Shown here one piece after another: positions 20,001-29,994 of a DNA stretch of 64,000 nt. The stretch covers positions 28,464 to 92,463 of the forward strand of contig CAZUMW010000001.1 of assembly GCA_964621615.1 (NCBI GenBank), given 5' to 3'. The DNA comes from an uncultured Thermodesulfobacteriota bacterium (GTDB lineage: Bacteria > Desulfobacterota > WTBG01 > CAIYCZ01 > CAIRTM01). How positions within the stretch are numbered: position 1 is the stretch's first letter; the number at the start of each line of letters is the position of its first letter. The translations under genes were made by a program, and so were the position numbers. The notes beneath the pieces were generated by a model. That model ran no database searches and was not told the DNA's origin. It saw only the letters and a program-made list of their open reading frames with translations.

Positions 20001-23000
20001 AGTGAGGATAACAACGAGGCAGAAAAGAATATCACCATAGTATCAGCAGGTGTATGTATAACCGATGCCGACTGTGATGACGGAAATGTATGCAACGGCA
20101 GTGAAATCTGTCAGAAGGGTACCTGCACTGCCGGAGTGCCGCCTGATTGTGATGACAGAGATAACTGTACCACGGATACCTGTGATCCGGTAGAGGGTTG
20201 TAAACACGAACTCATTCCCGGCTGTGTTGTCGACGGAATCGATCTTGTTCCGCTCATTATTGATACAACAGGCGTGACTATGGATGCACAGGCAGGAGAC
20301 GTCGGCGGCACGGCTGCAATTGATATTGAAAACCGCGGCACGCTTCCGGCCGATGCGGGCTTTATGGTGACGGTGTTTGATGATGTGAATGAAAACAGCG
20401 ATTATGACAACGGAACCGATACGATGCTGGGAACGGCAGCGGCAACACAGAGTGTGGCTTCAGGAGGGACAATGTCGGTCACAATAGCCCTGAGCGGCAC
20501 ATTGAGCGGTAATAAAGTCTATGCAGCGGTTGATACGGAAAATCTTATTCCGGAGATAAATGAAGTAAATAATGTTACTGAAGCAGAAATCCTGAACAAA
20601 AAAGACAGCGCAGCCGCCTGCGGAGCAGAATGGCTTGTTGACCATCAGCATGAAAAGGGAGGATGGTCTATCAGTAAACCTGCACGAGGTAATGCTGCAT
20701 CACTACGGGCTCTTGCGGTTACCGGAAATATGCACCTACCCGTATTCGATATCATTAAAAACAGAGTATACGAGCTGCAGGCAACAAACGGAAGCTGGGA
20801 TAATGATGTGGAATCAACCTGTGAATCAATTATGGCGTTGCTGGCAGCAGGTGAAGACAGAAAATCGTCAGTCATTACAAATGCAGTCGCCTGGCTTAAA
20901 AGGATACAAAGAGAAAGTGGGAGCTGGAATAACGTCGCAAGGACAACCGGGATGGCAATTGCAGCGCTCATCGATGCTGGCGAAAATAAATTCTCAGCCG
21001 TTGTCCAGGAAGCAAAGCAGTGGCTGCTGAATACGCAAAATCCTGACGGGTTCTGGGGCCACCATCCGGGATATGATTCGCATGTGGGGCAATTATATTA
21101 TCCTATGACCGGCCTTGTTCTGGCTTTTTCTCCGTCTTCGGATACGGAACAGGTTGCAATAGATAATGCGGTAGCATGGTATACATCAAACTATTACAAT
21201 CGGACAAAATTAAAATACAGCTGTTTGAACATTCTTCGGTATGCCGGAGTGACAAATGGCGATATTGTTGATGATTTGAAGTATGATTTATTAGATGATC
21301 AATATGGTGATGGTGGGTGGGGGATTTCATATCCGCCAAATGCGCCTCTCAGTGAAGCATTGTCCACTGCAGAATCTATTATTACCCTGAGTTTTTTTGA
21401 TGACACAACTGATTCTATATCAGATGGGGTGAGCTGGATTGAAAACAACGTCAATAATATGGGCGATCTAACCTATCCGTATGAAAAGCCCTATCAAACC
21501 GCCATGACTTTACTTGCACTGAACAATAACAAATGGGCTAAATACAACCAGGAAACAGTTAAATCCTTAGAAAGAATAATTAATACACAGAACGATAAGG
21601 GGACCTGGCATGGTCGGTTAATAAAAGATCAAGGGGGGTCGCATACTCCAGGTTGTATATATTTGTTATGGTCCCTTGGAGAAACACACATTGATATTCC
21701 TGCTAAAAATGATGCAATAAGTATGGCAAGGCGCATTCTCATATCATCGCAGTTGGATAATGGAGGCTGGTGTACAAAAATAAGCAAAAACAGACCTGCA
21801 GAAATCGGTCTAACCTGCTATGCGCTCTTGGCTTTATTGTCTTCTGGAAGCAAAAGTAATGATAGCCATATTTACTATGGAATAAACTGGCTGCTTGAAC
21901 AAAGCAATAGCAACGGTTCATGGGATTCAGTTGAAAATACTGCCCTTGCTGCAATGGTTCTGGAAAAGGCTGGCGGGTACCACAGTGAGGTTGATGATGC
22001 AGCTGCCTGGCTGCTTGACAATCAGAATTATGACGGCGGCTGGGGAAACCCCTACAGTACTGCAAGCGACACCTCTTGGACGATTATTTCACTGAGTATG
22101 ACAGGAAACGAAGGGCTTGCACTGGGCAGAGGACTTGAATGGCTGCTTTCCTTGCAGAATGAAGACTGCGGCTGGGCATCTGTCCCTGGTATTCCGGCAA
22201 GTGATACAACCAGAACGGCTCTTGCTGTCTGGGCACTCTCGGTAGCTGACTACAGTCCTGACGTCGAGTTAAACATTTCTTTTGATAAAGAGTATTACTA
22301 TCCCGGTGAGACGGTGGGAATCACCGTAGCGCCACACAATCAGGATGCAGACATACAGTCCATTTGGGGAACGGTATCCGAGTACAATGCCGATACCCAT
22401 AATGTTTCCTTTATTAAACTGGGCAACACATTTATCGGTGAGCACAGGCTAAGCGACACCCATGCCGCCGGCACCGATGTTGTTTCAGTTGAAGCGGTAA
22501 GTGATAACAAAACCGGGCTTGCCGTAAACACCTTTGTGGTTAAAAACGCCCCGTCAGGGTTTGTGGACCTTAAAGCAGGGGATACAATAACGCTTAGTGA
22601 TGACAGCCCTGAGGAAGGCGATGTGCTGACCATAAGCACAGATGTATACAATATCGGCACCGACAACGTCACGGATGTTGTCGTCCGGTTCCTTGACGGC
22701 GCAGAGCAGATCGGCAACGATCAGGCTGTCGATTCTCTGGCCCCGGGTGAACACGCAGCGGCTTCTGTTACGTGGCATACCGTCGGCCAGGCGGGGCGCA
22801 ACTACATCCATGTGCAAATCGACCCGGATAACGAAACCAGGGATGTTAACCGGCTCAACAACGAAGCCATTACGGCTGTTGATGTCGGCAGTCCCGAGAT
22901 GCCGGACCTGGCAGTAAGCAAGACGGATATCAGCGTTTCAAAGCCTGATCCGGCAGAAGGAGAGGAAATAACGGTATCGGCCGTCATCCGCAACCGTGGC

Positions 23001-26000
23001 ACGGCTGTTGACGGCGTGGAGGTGTGTTTTTATGAGGGTGAGCAGACGCCTGAAACACTGATAAGCAGGCAGATCATCTACGAGAATCTTTCATTCGGCG
23101 CACAGCGGACCCTGTGCGCCGCCTATGACACCGCAGGTCGTGCCGGGCTGCACGATATTATTGTCACAGTGGATCCTGAAGACCTGATCGATGAGGAAAA
23201 TGAGTTAAACAACCGTGCACAGATCGGAATCGACGTTCAGGCTAGCGGGCTTTCAGTGGATGTTGCTGTCGGGCCCTGCCGGTATGAGCATGATGAAAAC
23301 GTGCTGATTGAAACGGTTATTACCAACAGCACTGATGCCGAGAGAGTGGTAACGGTTGACCTGACGGTAGTAGACAGTGTCGGCACCATCGTTTCGCAGC
23401 CGGTGCAGGGCTCGGTGGTCACCCTTGCTGCTTCGAGCTCTGTCGTGCTTGATGAACAGGTGTGGAACACCGGCACAAACCTGGCGGGTGATTACACCGT
23501 TGTCGCCGAGGTGTATGAAAATGACATAAAACGGGTTGTTGACAGTACCGGAATTGTGATCCTCGCCGATAAGACCGTTTCGGCGTCCGTGACCACCGAC
23601 CGGCAGTTTTACTATGACCATGAACAGGTCCGGATTGCAAGTCTCATCAAGAGCTTCTCGCCGAACTTTCTTTTCACCGGGCTTACCGCCGCGGTGACCC
23701 TTAAAAACAGTGCAGGAGAAGAGCTGTACAAAGACGAGCGTGATATACGGATTCTCTACTCACTGGGCAGCCGCAGCTGGGATCTGTACTGGAACAGCGC
23801 TCTCAGCCGGCCGGGTGTGTATCATGCCGGCCTGCGCCTTACCAGAGACGGCGAGCTGATCGCTGCCGATAACGCCACGTTCAGTATTCTGGCAAGTGTA
23901 TCAGGCGGGCGCGGCCTGGACGGCAGCCTGAGCGTACAGCCGCAGCAGGTATACCGCGGTATGGAGGCGACCCTGCACTACAGCCTCATCAACACCGGCA
24001 ACATCGCACTTGACCGGGTCCCGGTGCACCTGAAAGCGGTTTTGGTTGCAGATCAGCGTATCGAATACAGCTTTTCGGATAACTGCAGCCTTGCCTCGGA
24101 CACCTGCAATGAAACCATGCAGATGAATACCCTGGAGCTTTCCTGCGGCGACCATATGATAATTCTCAGCGCTGAGGCGGGCGGGGACAATCAAACCGTC
24201 GCCTTTGCACCGCTACGGGTGGTGAACCGCTGCCCTGCTGCCGCTGCAGGTGAAAACCGGCTGCAGCATGTGGGCGATACGGTGCAGGTTGACGGCTCGG
24301 CAAGTGTGGACCCGGACGGGGATTCGCTTACCTACCGATGGGAGCTTGCAGCAAAGCCGGAAACGAGCACTGCCGTGCTGTCACAACCGGATTCACACAA
24401 CCCGGTATTTCAGATTGACCTGCACGGTACCTATGAGCTGAGGCTGACCGTTTCAGACGGGAGGTGCGTGAGCGAGCCCGACACCGTGCTGGTGACCACC
24501 GAGAACCGCCCGCCGATCGCCGTTCCGGGGGAGGCACAGGCTGTGAATGTCGGCTCACTGGTACAGCTTGACGGTTCTGCAAGCCATGATCCGGACAACG
24601 ATACCATCGAGCAGTATGAGTGGACCATGGTGGTTCGGCCGCAGGGAAGCGGAGCTGCGCTGAACGATCGCACAATCGCCGATCCGCAGTTTACAGCCGA
24701 CATGCCGGGTGAGTACCGGCTGCAGCTGGTAGTACGTGATTTTGAATACGAAAGCGATCCGGCTGACATACTGATTACCACCACCAACCGCCGGCCGGTA
24801 GCGGATCCGGGAGCAGACCGCGAGGTCGATGTCGGGGATGTGGTGCAGCTTGACGGGTCCGGCTCATATGACCCCGATTGTGACGAAATCGGCTACCGCT
24901 GGTCCTTTGCAAGTGTTCCGGACAATGCGACCGCGCAGTTTGATAACAATACCATTGCGGCACCTGCCTTCACCGCAGACAAGCCCGGCACTTACATCGT
25001 GCAGCTTATCGTCTCAGACGGAGACATGGACAGTGAGCCGGTAACGTGTGTGATCACCACCCGAAACAGGGCGCCGGTTGCCGATGCCGGACCTGACCGG
25101 GACGTATATGTCGGCAGCGAGGTCACCCTTGACGGTACCGGGAGCTCTGATCCGGATGGAGATCAGCTGACATATTATTGGAAGATCCTTGAGCAGCCGC
25201 CCGGCAGTCAGGTGACGATTGTGGACGGTCATGCTGCGATAGCCCGCATCGTTCCGGATGTTTCAGGCGACTATATTATCGGTCTTACCGTCCATGACAG
25301 TGATGCATTGGATAATGCCACCCTCCTGATTTCAGCAGAAGCTGAGAACCCCCCGCCTGAATGTATGCAGGACCTGGGTGCTGCGGCCAATTACAACGTG
25401 TTTGTCAGTAACAGCTTCACATCGAGCTATTCCTATGCCGACGGACGGATTGCCGCAGGCGGCGATGTGGATCTTCTGTGTTATATTATCGGAGGCGAGC
25501 TGGGAAGTATCCACCCCGCGGAAACCGTATTGCTCTCAGGCGGTAATGTTGTATTTGATGAGGGGATCGTCTACGGCAGCATCCGCGCAGGCGGCAGCGT
25601 AGACGGGGTTGCAGATTCGGTTCGGTCAACCATGCCGTCAGGGGCGACCGTTACCGGACATGCAGAGGTTCCCGAGGATTTTACAGCTGAGCGAGTCCGT
25701 TTAAAGAGCCTGTCCGAACGGCTTGCTGGACTTGGTGCAACAGGAACGGTTAATTCCTTCTGGGGCACGCTGGTTTTAAGCGGAGATGAGGTCAGCGATA
25801 TTCAGATTTTTGATATTACCGGAAGACAGGCCGCGGGGTCGCACACCGTGTTTGTCTGTAACATTCCTGATGATGCAACGATTATCGTTAACATCGACGG
25901 CGAGGAAACCGGCTTTGATCACATGACCATGTGGTCGCTTGCTCTTCGCAATAACCGGGTGCTGTTTAACTTCCATGAGGCGATAACGCTGCGATTTGTT

Positions 26001-26153
26001 GCGGTTGAAGTTCAGGGCAGCGTGCTTGCCCCGCGTGCGGCGATTAACAGCATGGGAGGGGTAATATTCGGTACGGCAATAGCCCGGTCATGGGACGGGC
26101 CGATGTGTTTCGGCAACGAACCGTTCAGGGGAACGCTTCCCGAATGTGAGTAG
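17070..26153 (+). CDS. giant secreted surface protein (3027 aa) with 2 alpha/alpha-toroid prenyltransferase/terpenoid-cyclase-like repeat modules, multiple CARDB domains, Myxococcus-type cysteine-rich repeat, 4 PKD-like domains, and a C-terminal choice-of-anchor-A domain
   Basis: AGGAG RBS and signal peptide. QxxDGGW/F repeats (LAAQNEDGGFGF, DGGWGISYPPN, DGGWGNPYS) at nt ~17160-17940 and ~20600-22250. CARDB-like segments (DLAVSPADIDFSPPYPRDNETVTITATVRNSGSE etc.). Cys-rich CDDGNVCNGSEICQKGTCTAGVPPDCDDRDNCTTDTCDPVEGC. DPDGDSLTYRW x4 at ~24230-25320. C-terminal AANYNVFVSNSFTSSYSYADGRIAAGGDVDL is choice-of-anchor-A-like. Confidence 0.85.
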   Translation: MKQLIKTWYGVWGAVIISTVLFTVQAQAHEAAVESGLQWLIDSQHPDNGSWGTLPELDTPVVLSAFQKLGETGYAYDEGLSFLEQTRPECIDFLSRKTIALSAAGRDVSESLEKILAAQNEDGGFGFALGYCSSVIDSLIAARALSAAGVEQHEVIGRLVYYITESQSQDNGSFSYAAGGPESLAVTCCAAIVLSDFSPRYDVSEHLRSALHFISGCKNPDGGYGESGSTVIETALAVRALTAAGGSAQDILSGRRYLTAMQNQSSGAWNDAVYETALALRALNNTDTVDRANLQVHPEGITMEPQYPAQGQTVTVTGEVRNTGSSAAENVGVSFYLGDPENGGVHIDSATVSTILAGDSEEVQITFTLTGVVGERDMYVVADPDNSIPEISEHDNTASKGFVSGTMPDIAVVEITRDVDTPAENEPFTISAGVLNLGESDAGPVTVFLYDGDPGQEDPLLKIRLDNVCGGCSGQADFTLQLSAGTHTLYITAYPDDPNVEEQSLSNNRRSYTANIDGAVIQGIDLAVSPADIDFSPPYPRDNETVTITATVRNSGSETVTDASVELFRAGSDGTGVLIGEPFRGVTVPGAGAADIVMHDVSFEAGLFDIYVKTDPDNTYEEHSENNNIAAKQLRVLSSADELDLSVGEMSFDTATPLAGDPVRVSCRITNNSTVPLEGVSFGIYAGDPRSGGALLIPEVQTVSALGIQSSIYIEGTIDTAGRGGEQHIYIMADVDNDIAERNEENNLASAALVVTGESAPDLIATDADIIVEPADPAVGDNMTVTCRITNAGSVAVSDDFQVNVYDGPPSEDNPPFAGLPVTGGMPANGYYLDITLPIPAAQLAGTHTIYVVADDGNAVSEFNEYNNTATKEVTVQAADLSIGSEDISFSLPAPMENELFTLTAVVHNIGMLNVESMRIAVYTGDNDTANLIGEQQAGPIGAGESVSVEVENLAFDAAGSYNLQVKLDPDNLIAEASEDNNEAEKNITIVSAGVCITDADCDDGNVCNGSEICQKGTCTAGVPPDCDDRDNCTTDTCDPVEGCKHELIPGCVVDGIDLVPLIIDTTGVTMDAQAGDVGGTAAIDIENRGTLPADAGFMVTVFDDVNENSDYDNGTDTMLGTAAATQSVASGGTMSVTIALSGTLSGNKVYAAVDTENLIPEINEVNNVTEAEILNKKDSAAACGAEWLVDHQHEKGGWSISKPARGNAASLRALAVTGNMHLPVFDIIKNRVYELQATNGSWDNDVESTCESIMALLAAGEDRKSSVITNAVAWLKRIQRESGSWNNVARTTGMAIAALIDAGENKFSAVVQEAKQWLLNTQNPDGFWGHHPGYDSHVGQLYYPMTGLVLAFSPSSDTEQVAIDNAVAWYTSNYYNRTKLKYSCLNILRYAGVTNGDIVDDLKYDLLDDQYGDGGWGISYPPNAPLSEALSTAESIITLSFFDDTTDSISDGVSWIENNVNNMGDLTYPYEKPYQTAMTLLALNNNKWAKYNQETVKSLERIINTQNDKGTWHGRLIKDQGGSHTPGCIYLLWSLGETHIDIPAKNDAISMARRILISSQLDNGGWCTKISKNRPAEIGLTCYALLALLSSGSKSNDSHIYYGINWLLEQSNSNGSWDSVENTALAAMVLEKAGGYHSEVDDAAAWLLDNQNYDGGWGNPYSTASDTSWTIISLSMTGNEGLALGRGLEWLLSLQNEDCGWASVPGIPASDTTRTALAVWALSVADYSPDVELNISFDKEYYYPGETVGITVAPHNQDADIQSIWGTVSEYNADTHNVSFIKLGNTFIGEHRLSDTHAAGTDVVSVEAVSDNKTGLAVNTFVVKNAPSGFVDLKAGDTITLSDDSPEEGDVLTISTDVYNIGTDNVTDVVVRFLDGAEQIGNDQAVDSLAPGEHAAASVTWHTVGQAGRNYIHVQIDPDNETRDVNRLNNEAITAVDVGSPEMPDLAVSKTDISVSKPDPAEGEEITVSAVIRNRGTAVDGVEVCFYEGEQTPETLISRQIIYENLSFGAQRTLCAAYDTAGRAGLHDIIVTVDPEDLIDEENELNNRAQIGIDVQASGLSVDVAVGPCRYEHDENVLIETVITNSTDAERVVTVDLTVVDSVGTIVSQPVQGSVVTLAASSSVVLDEQVWNTGTNLAGDYTVVAEVYENDIKRVVDSTGIVILADKTVSASVTTDRQFYYDHEQVRIASLIKSFSPNFLFTGLTAAVTLKNSAGEELYKDERDIRILYSLGSRSWDLYWNSALSRPGVYHAGLRLTRDGELIAADNATFSILASVSGGRGLDGSLSVQPQQVYRGMEATLHYSLINTGNIALDRVPVHLKAVLVADQRIEYSFSDNCSLASDTCNETMQMNTLELSCGDHMIILSAEAGGDNQTVAFAPLRVVNRCPAAAAGENRLQHVGDTVQVDGSASVDPDGDSLTYRWELAAKPETSTAVLSQPDSHNPVFQIDLHGTYELRLTVSDGRCVSEPDTVLVTTENRPPIAVPGEAQAVNVGSLVQLDGSASHDPDNDTIEQYEWTMVVRPQGSGAALNDRTIADPQFTADMPGEYRLQLVVRDFEYESDPADILITTTNRRPVADPGADREVDVGDVVQLDGSGSYDPDCDEIGYRWSFASVPDNATAQFDNNTIAAPAFTADKPGTYIVQLIVSDGDMDSEPVTCVITTRNRAPVADAGPDRDVYVGSEVTLDGTGSSDPDGDQLTYYWKILEQPPGSQVTIVDGHAAIARIVPDVSGDYIIGLTVHDSDALDNATLLISAEAENPPPECMQDLGAAANYNVFVSNSFTSSYSYADGRIAAGGDVDLLCYIIGGELGSIHPAETVLLSGGNVVFDEGIVYGSIRAGGSVDGVADSVRSTMPSGATVTGHAEVPEDFTAERVRLKSLSERLAGLGATGTVNSFWGTLVLSGDEVSDIQIFDITGRQAAGSHTVFVCNIPDDATIIVNIDGEETGFDHMTMWSLALRNNRVLFNFHEAITLRFVAVEVQGSVLAPRAAINSMGGVIFGTAIARSWDGPMCFGNEPFRGTLPECE

Positions 26154-26887
26154 CATTATAATAAAAAGGTACCCCAATGATGGGTGTAACTTAATACATA
26201 AATTACCGACATATCGATATTTGGAGAGTGTATATCCGGGACAATTCCCCCTGTGATGCTTATGGAGGTTCTACATCCTCGTTTCAGCAAAATGACGGCC
26301 CAGTAGTGTTTAAAATAACTTACGAAGCCGGTTCGGGCGGGGCTCTGCAAAGCCCCCGCAACAAGTTGGACACGTTTGATGACGGCTAAAAAAATATAAG
26401 GATCAACTTGATACTAAAACTGCAGCGCTACCACAATGGGGCGTTAAGAACGGAATAGAGGTGGAGCGTCTGGTGAACGGTTTACACTGCTGCAAAAAAT
26501 GGTATGTTATTCAGGAAGGCATTAAGACGTTTTCTTTGATCAGCCGAATAGTCTTCAACTTTATACCGATTTTTAAAAAAACCAACAAAATATTGGAGCT
26601 TCAATTTGACTGTGCATCTTATGCAGCATAATGGACTTGCATCGCAACAAAGGTCAAACCTAAACCATTGCCTAACTCTTGATGTTTGATAGCAGATGAG
26701 ATATGCATTATGGAAATAAAGCATTAATTTAGCCTCTTAAATGTGCAGTGGTCGGTCAATATGCCAAGAGCATCAAGAATAAGATGATAAAAGCTTGGAA
26801 CATGCAAAACAGGTTAACAGCGTTCTAAAAAAAGCTGTTGCCAAAACAAAGTAAATAGTAAAAGTTTGACCCCATTGCCTTTATTTT

Positions 26888-28219
26888 GTGATTATGGTTC
26901 TTTTTAAAATTGTTTTGAACTACCTGTTCATTGCTACGGCCTGCGCCGTTGGTGCCGCGTGGACCTGCTGTGCCCCGGCAGCGGAACTGAGCGGCACCTG
27001 GAATACCTTTGACAGCTGCTTTCCGGACGACACTCCCTATACCTTTACGCTGACCCAGCAGGGAGCCGCGGTGACGCTTGTGCCCACGGTGGGAACCCGG
27101 CCCGCATGCAGCGGCAGGCTGGAGAATGACGGGCTTACGCTCAGCTGCAGCGACATGGCCGACCCTGCAGGCACCTACACAATGTCTGGAGAGATTATCG
27201 ACAACGCCACTATTGCGCTGACGCGCCCCGGGCAGGACAATGATACGCACTGCTGCACGTTCAGAAAACACACCGTGATCGACCCTGCTGTCGAAGAGAT
27301 GCTTACACGTGTCAACCGCGCCGAAGCACTCTATCCCATGAGTCAAAGAACCCCCCGACAGATGCGCCGCTATATGATGCGTTCGAATCTCTGGACCTAT
27401 TTGTTTCCGGCCACGCCGGTGGCATCCGTGAGCAAAGTATGCATCCCCGGCCCCGGCGGCAGTATACCTGCGCGCGTCTACGTACCCGGGGGCGATGAGC
27501 CGTTTCCTGTGGTGGTCTTTTTCCACGGCGGCGGCTGGGTGGTGGGCAGCTCGCGGGAGTTCGATCACTACAGCCGTATGCTCGCTGCCGAGGCATGCGC
27601 GCTGGTGCTGTCGGTGGACTACCGCCGTGCCCCCGAATATACCTTTCCGGCTGCTCACGAGGACGCCTTCGCCGCCCTGGAGTGGGCCGCTGAGAATGCT
27701 GCCCGATTCGGCGGCGACCCGTCGCTGCTGTGCGTGGCAGGCGAAAGCGCCGGCGGCAGCCTGGCCATAGCGTCCTGCCGCCGGGCCCGCGATGCGGGCA
27801 GCCCGCAGGTGATGCTGCAGGTGCTGATGAGCCCCATCACCAACGTTTCTGAAATGAACACCGATTCGTATTACCGTTACGCAACCGGCTACATGCTCAC
27901 GAAAGAGTGGATGGAGGCCTTCCGGGGCTACTACCTGCCCGACGCACGCGACTGGAGCGACCCCCTGGTTTCGCCGCTGCTGGCGAAGGACTTCGCTGAT
28001 CTGCCGCCAGCGCTGATCATAACGGCCGAGTACGATGTGCTGCGCGACGAGGGCGAGGCCTTTGGCCGGCTGCTGGCGGATGCGGGTGTCGCGGTACGGC
28101 ACTACCGCTGCGGCGGTGTTATCCACGGCTTCACCACCGCGATGGTGGATTTTATTGAGCAGGCCCGCCATGCCGTTCGCCTGACAGCAGATGAAATCGA
28201 ACTCGCCGTCAGCCGGTGA
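26888..28219 (+). CDS. secreted alpha/beta-hydrolase fold-3 esterase/lipase (HSL/arylesterase family) with N-terminal extra domain
   Basis: Signal peptide. Oxyanion motif HGGGW. Nucleophile elbow GESAGG. The antisense ORF 26825..28171 is a shadow. Confidence 0.75.
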   Translation: MIMVLFKIVLNYLFIATACAVGAAWTCCAPAAELSGTWNTFDSCFPDDTPYTFTLTQQGAAVTLVPTVGTRPACSGRLENDGLTLSCSDMADPAGTYTMSGEIIDNATIALTRPGQDNDTHCCTFRKHTVIDPAVEEMLTRVNRAEALYPMSQRTPRQMRRYMMRSNLWTYLFPATPVASVSKVCIPGPGGSIPARVYVPGGDEPFPVVVFFHGGGWVVGSSREFDHYSRMLAAEACALVLSVDYRRAPEYTFPAAHEDAFAALEWAAENAARFGGDPSLLCVAGESAGGSLAIASCRRARDAGSPQVMLQVLMSPITNVSEMNTDSYYRYATGYMLTKEWMEAFRGYYLPDARDWSDPLVSPLLAKDFADLPPALIITAEYDVLRDEGEAFGRLLADAGVAVRHYRCGGVIHGFTTAMVDFIEQARHAVRLTADEIELAVSR

Positions 28220-28328
28220 TAGGCACCGGCCGACATGTCCACCTGCAGGGCAACCCGGTGTTGTCCGCTTCGGCCAGCAGCAATATTCCGCTTGACCCGC
28301 TCGCAGCCAGCTCCTATGGTGGTATGTA

Positions 28329-28772
28329 TTGAGGAGATTTGCGGTGAATGGAAATAAAAAAAGTATAAAGACAATATTTTTTCATACGTTAAAAAGCTTC
28401 GGGAATATAATGCCGGTTTTGACAGGTGTTGTTTTTTTAATAGGGCTTGCGGATATAATAATTACAGAAGAAACATTACAGGCATTCTTCCGTGGAGGTG
28501 TGCTTGATCTTCCTGTTGGAGTTCTTTTCGGGACGGTCATGGCAGGCCATGCATTAAACAGCGTAATTATAGGGGAGCAGCTTTTTGAAACCGGCGTGGG
28601 GCTTATGGCAGTTTCTGCGTTCATGGTATCGTGGGTAACCATAGGGGTAGCATATATTGCAATGGAAGCTGCCTTTCTCGGTAAGAAATTTGCATTTATA
28701 AAAAATATTCTGAGCATACTGTTTGCGATGATCATAAGCTTTCTGACAGTTGTCACTCTGGGTGTATTTTGA
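28329..28772 (+). CDS. predicted permease (DUF318/ArsP-like), N-terminal half of split two-gene permease
   Basis: Polytopic membrane protein. Resembles split two-component membrane permease pairs. Confidence 0.45.
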   Translation: MRRFAVNGNKKSIKTIFFHTLKSFGNIMPVLTGVVFLIGLADIIITEETLQAFFRGGVLDLPVGVLFGTVMAGHALNSVIIGEQLFETGVGLMAVSAFMVSWVTIGVAYIAMEAAFLGKKFAFIKNILSILFAMIISFLTVVTLGVF

Positions 28773-29293
28773 AAGAGGCGAGCAATAACAATAAAAAGCG
28801 GGGCGCCAGGGGGAAAAGCTCAAAGGGCGGTTATGTTTTTTCAGGCACTGTTGCCCTTGTATACATAATCATTTATTGTGCTGCGCCCGAAATTGCCTCC
28901 CGTGCATTTGTATCAGCTATCAACATAATACAGCATATAATACCGATCCTTGTGCTTGTGTTTTTTCTGATATTCGGGATAAATCTTATTCCGGTCAGTA
29001 TGTTGAAAAAACTATTCCATGAAAGACGCCGGAAGCGAGCGTGGCTTATGAGTATTATTGTGGGCGTTTTCAGTCACGGTCCGGTATTTGTATGGTACGC
29101 TTTGCTGGCGGATTTGAGACAGAAGGGCATGACGAATGGTATGGCAGCAACCTTTATATATGCAAGAGCAGTGAAGCTGCCGATAATTCCCGCTCTCGTT
29201 GCAGTGTTCGGTGTTAAGTTCACGGTTATTTTTTATTGCTATATCCTGATAGGGGCGCTTGTTCAAGGCATCATTATTGACAGAATCGTTTAA
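28769..29293 (+). CDS. predicted permease (DUF318/ArsP-like), second half
   Basis: The start overlaps the upstream stop (ATGA). Polytopic membrane protein. Confidence 0.45.
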   Translation: MKEASNNNKKRGARGKSSKGGYVFSGTVALVYIIIYCAAPEIASRAFVSAINIIQHIIPILVLVFFLIFGINLIPVSMLKKLFHERRRKRAWLMSIIVGVFSHGPVFVWYALLADLRQKGMTNGMAATFIYARAVKLPIIPALVAVFGVKFTVIFYCYILIGALVQGIIIDRIV

Positions 29294-29445
29294 AGAAAAA
29301 GCCGGGCTCAGAGAGCCCGGCTCGGGGGGCGTCCTGAGGCTCAACAGCGCCTCAGGCAGGCATAAAGGACGATGCCAAGGGGGCACCGCCTTTGTGCCGT
29401 ACTTAGCACAGCGTGCACGGCTTTCGTAAATAATTAAGCTTTTGT

Positions 29446-29928
29446 TCACTCATTCCTCTTTTGTCCCACCACGTTCGTGTCTTTCAGATTATTTGTCCGG
29501 CTTAACAGTGCATCAACTGAACCGTCTGCCTCCTGGAAGCAATCAGATTTTCGCGCATTAAAAATTCTTCTAAACCATTGATACATATGGTGCATGTAAT
29601 TTTCATCCCCACAGAACATCCTTCTGCCGTTCTTATAGATACATGCATTCTTAATCTCTATTTCGCCGGATGCAATATCTTCATATGAAAAAGACATCTC
29701 TCTGGGATAAAACGTGGGGTTACTTTTGATGTAGAAAAGATCGTCCTGTATACCGTATGCTCTGGGAACATACAGATAGCAGCCAAAAACACCGTCATCT
29801 ATACAGGGAAACGCAGTTAACCAGTATTTAAATTCATAAATGACATCATCGGTGCATTCTGCACTAACAGGAGATGCAGTCAATGAGAGCAATATAAGAA
29901 TGGTGCCGGTTAAATAAAATTTTTTCAT
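29446..29928 (-). CDS. secreted hypothetical protein (Cys-containing, 160 aa)
   Basis: Signal peptide MKKFYLTGTILILLSLTASPVSA. AGGAGGGGGG RBS. Confidence 0.45.
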   Translation of the reverse strand: MKKFYLTGTILILLSLTASPVSAECTDDVIYEFKYWLTAFPCIDDGVFGCYLYVPRAYGIQDDLFYIKSNPTFYPREMSFSYEDIASGEIEIKNACIYKNGRRMFCGDENYMHHMYQWFRRIFNARKSDCFQEADGSVDALLSRTNNLKDTNVVGQKRNE

Positions 29929-29994
29929 ACCCCCCTCCTTTCTGCCGCTTCTTTTTGGTTGAATGTGTTTACCTGTTCGCCCCCCTAAAAAAAA

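Noticed and set aside
26825-28171. 448-aa minus-strand ORF overlapping the esterase gene
   Set aside because: The + strand frame carries canonical HGGGW and GESAGG alpha/beta-hydrolase motifs. The minus frame is a Gly/Arg/Ala-rich shadow.
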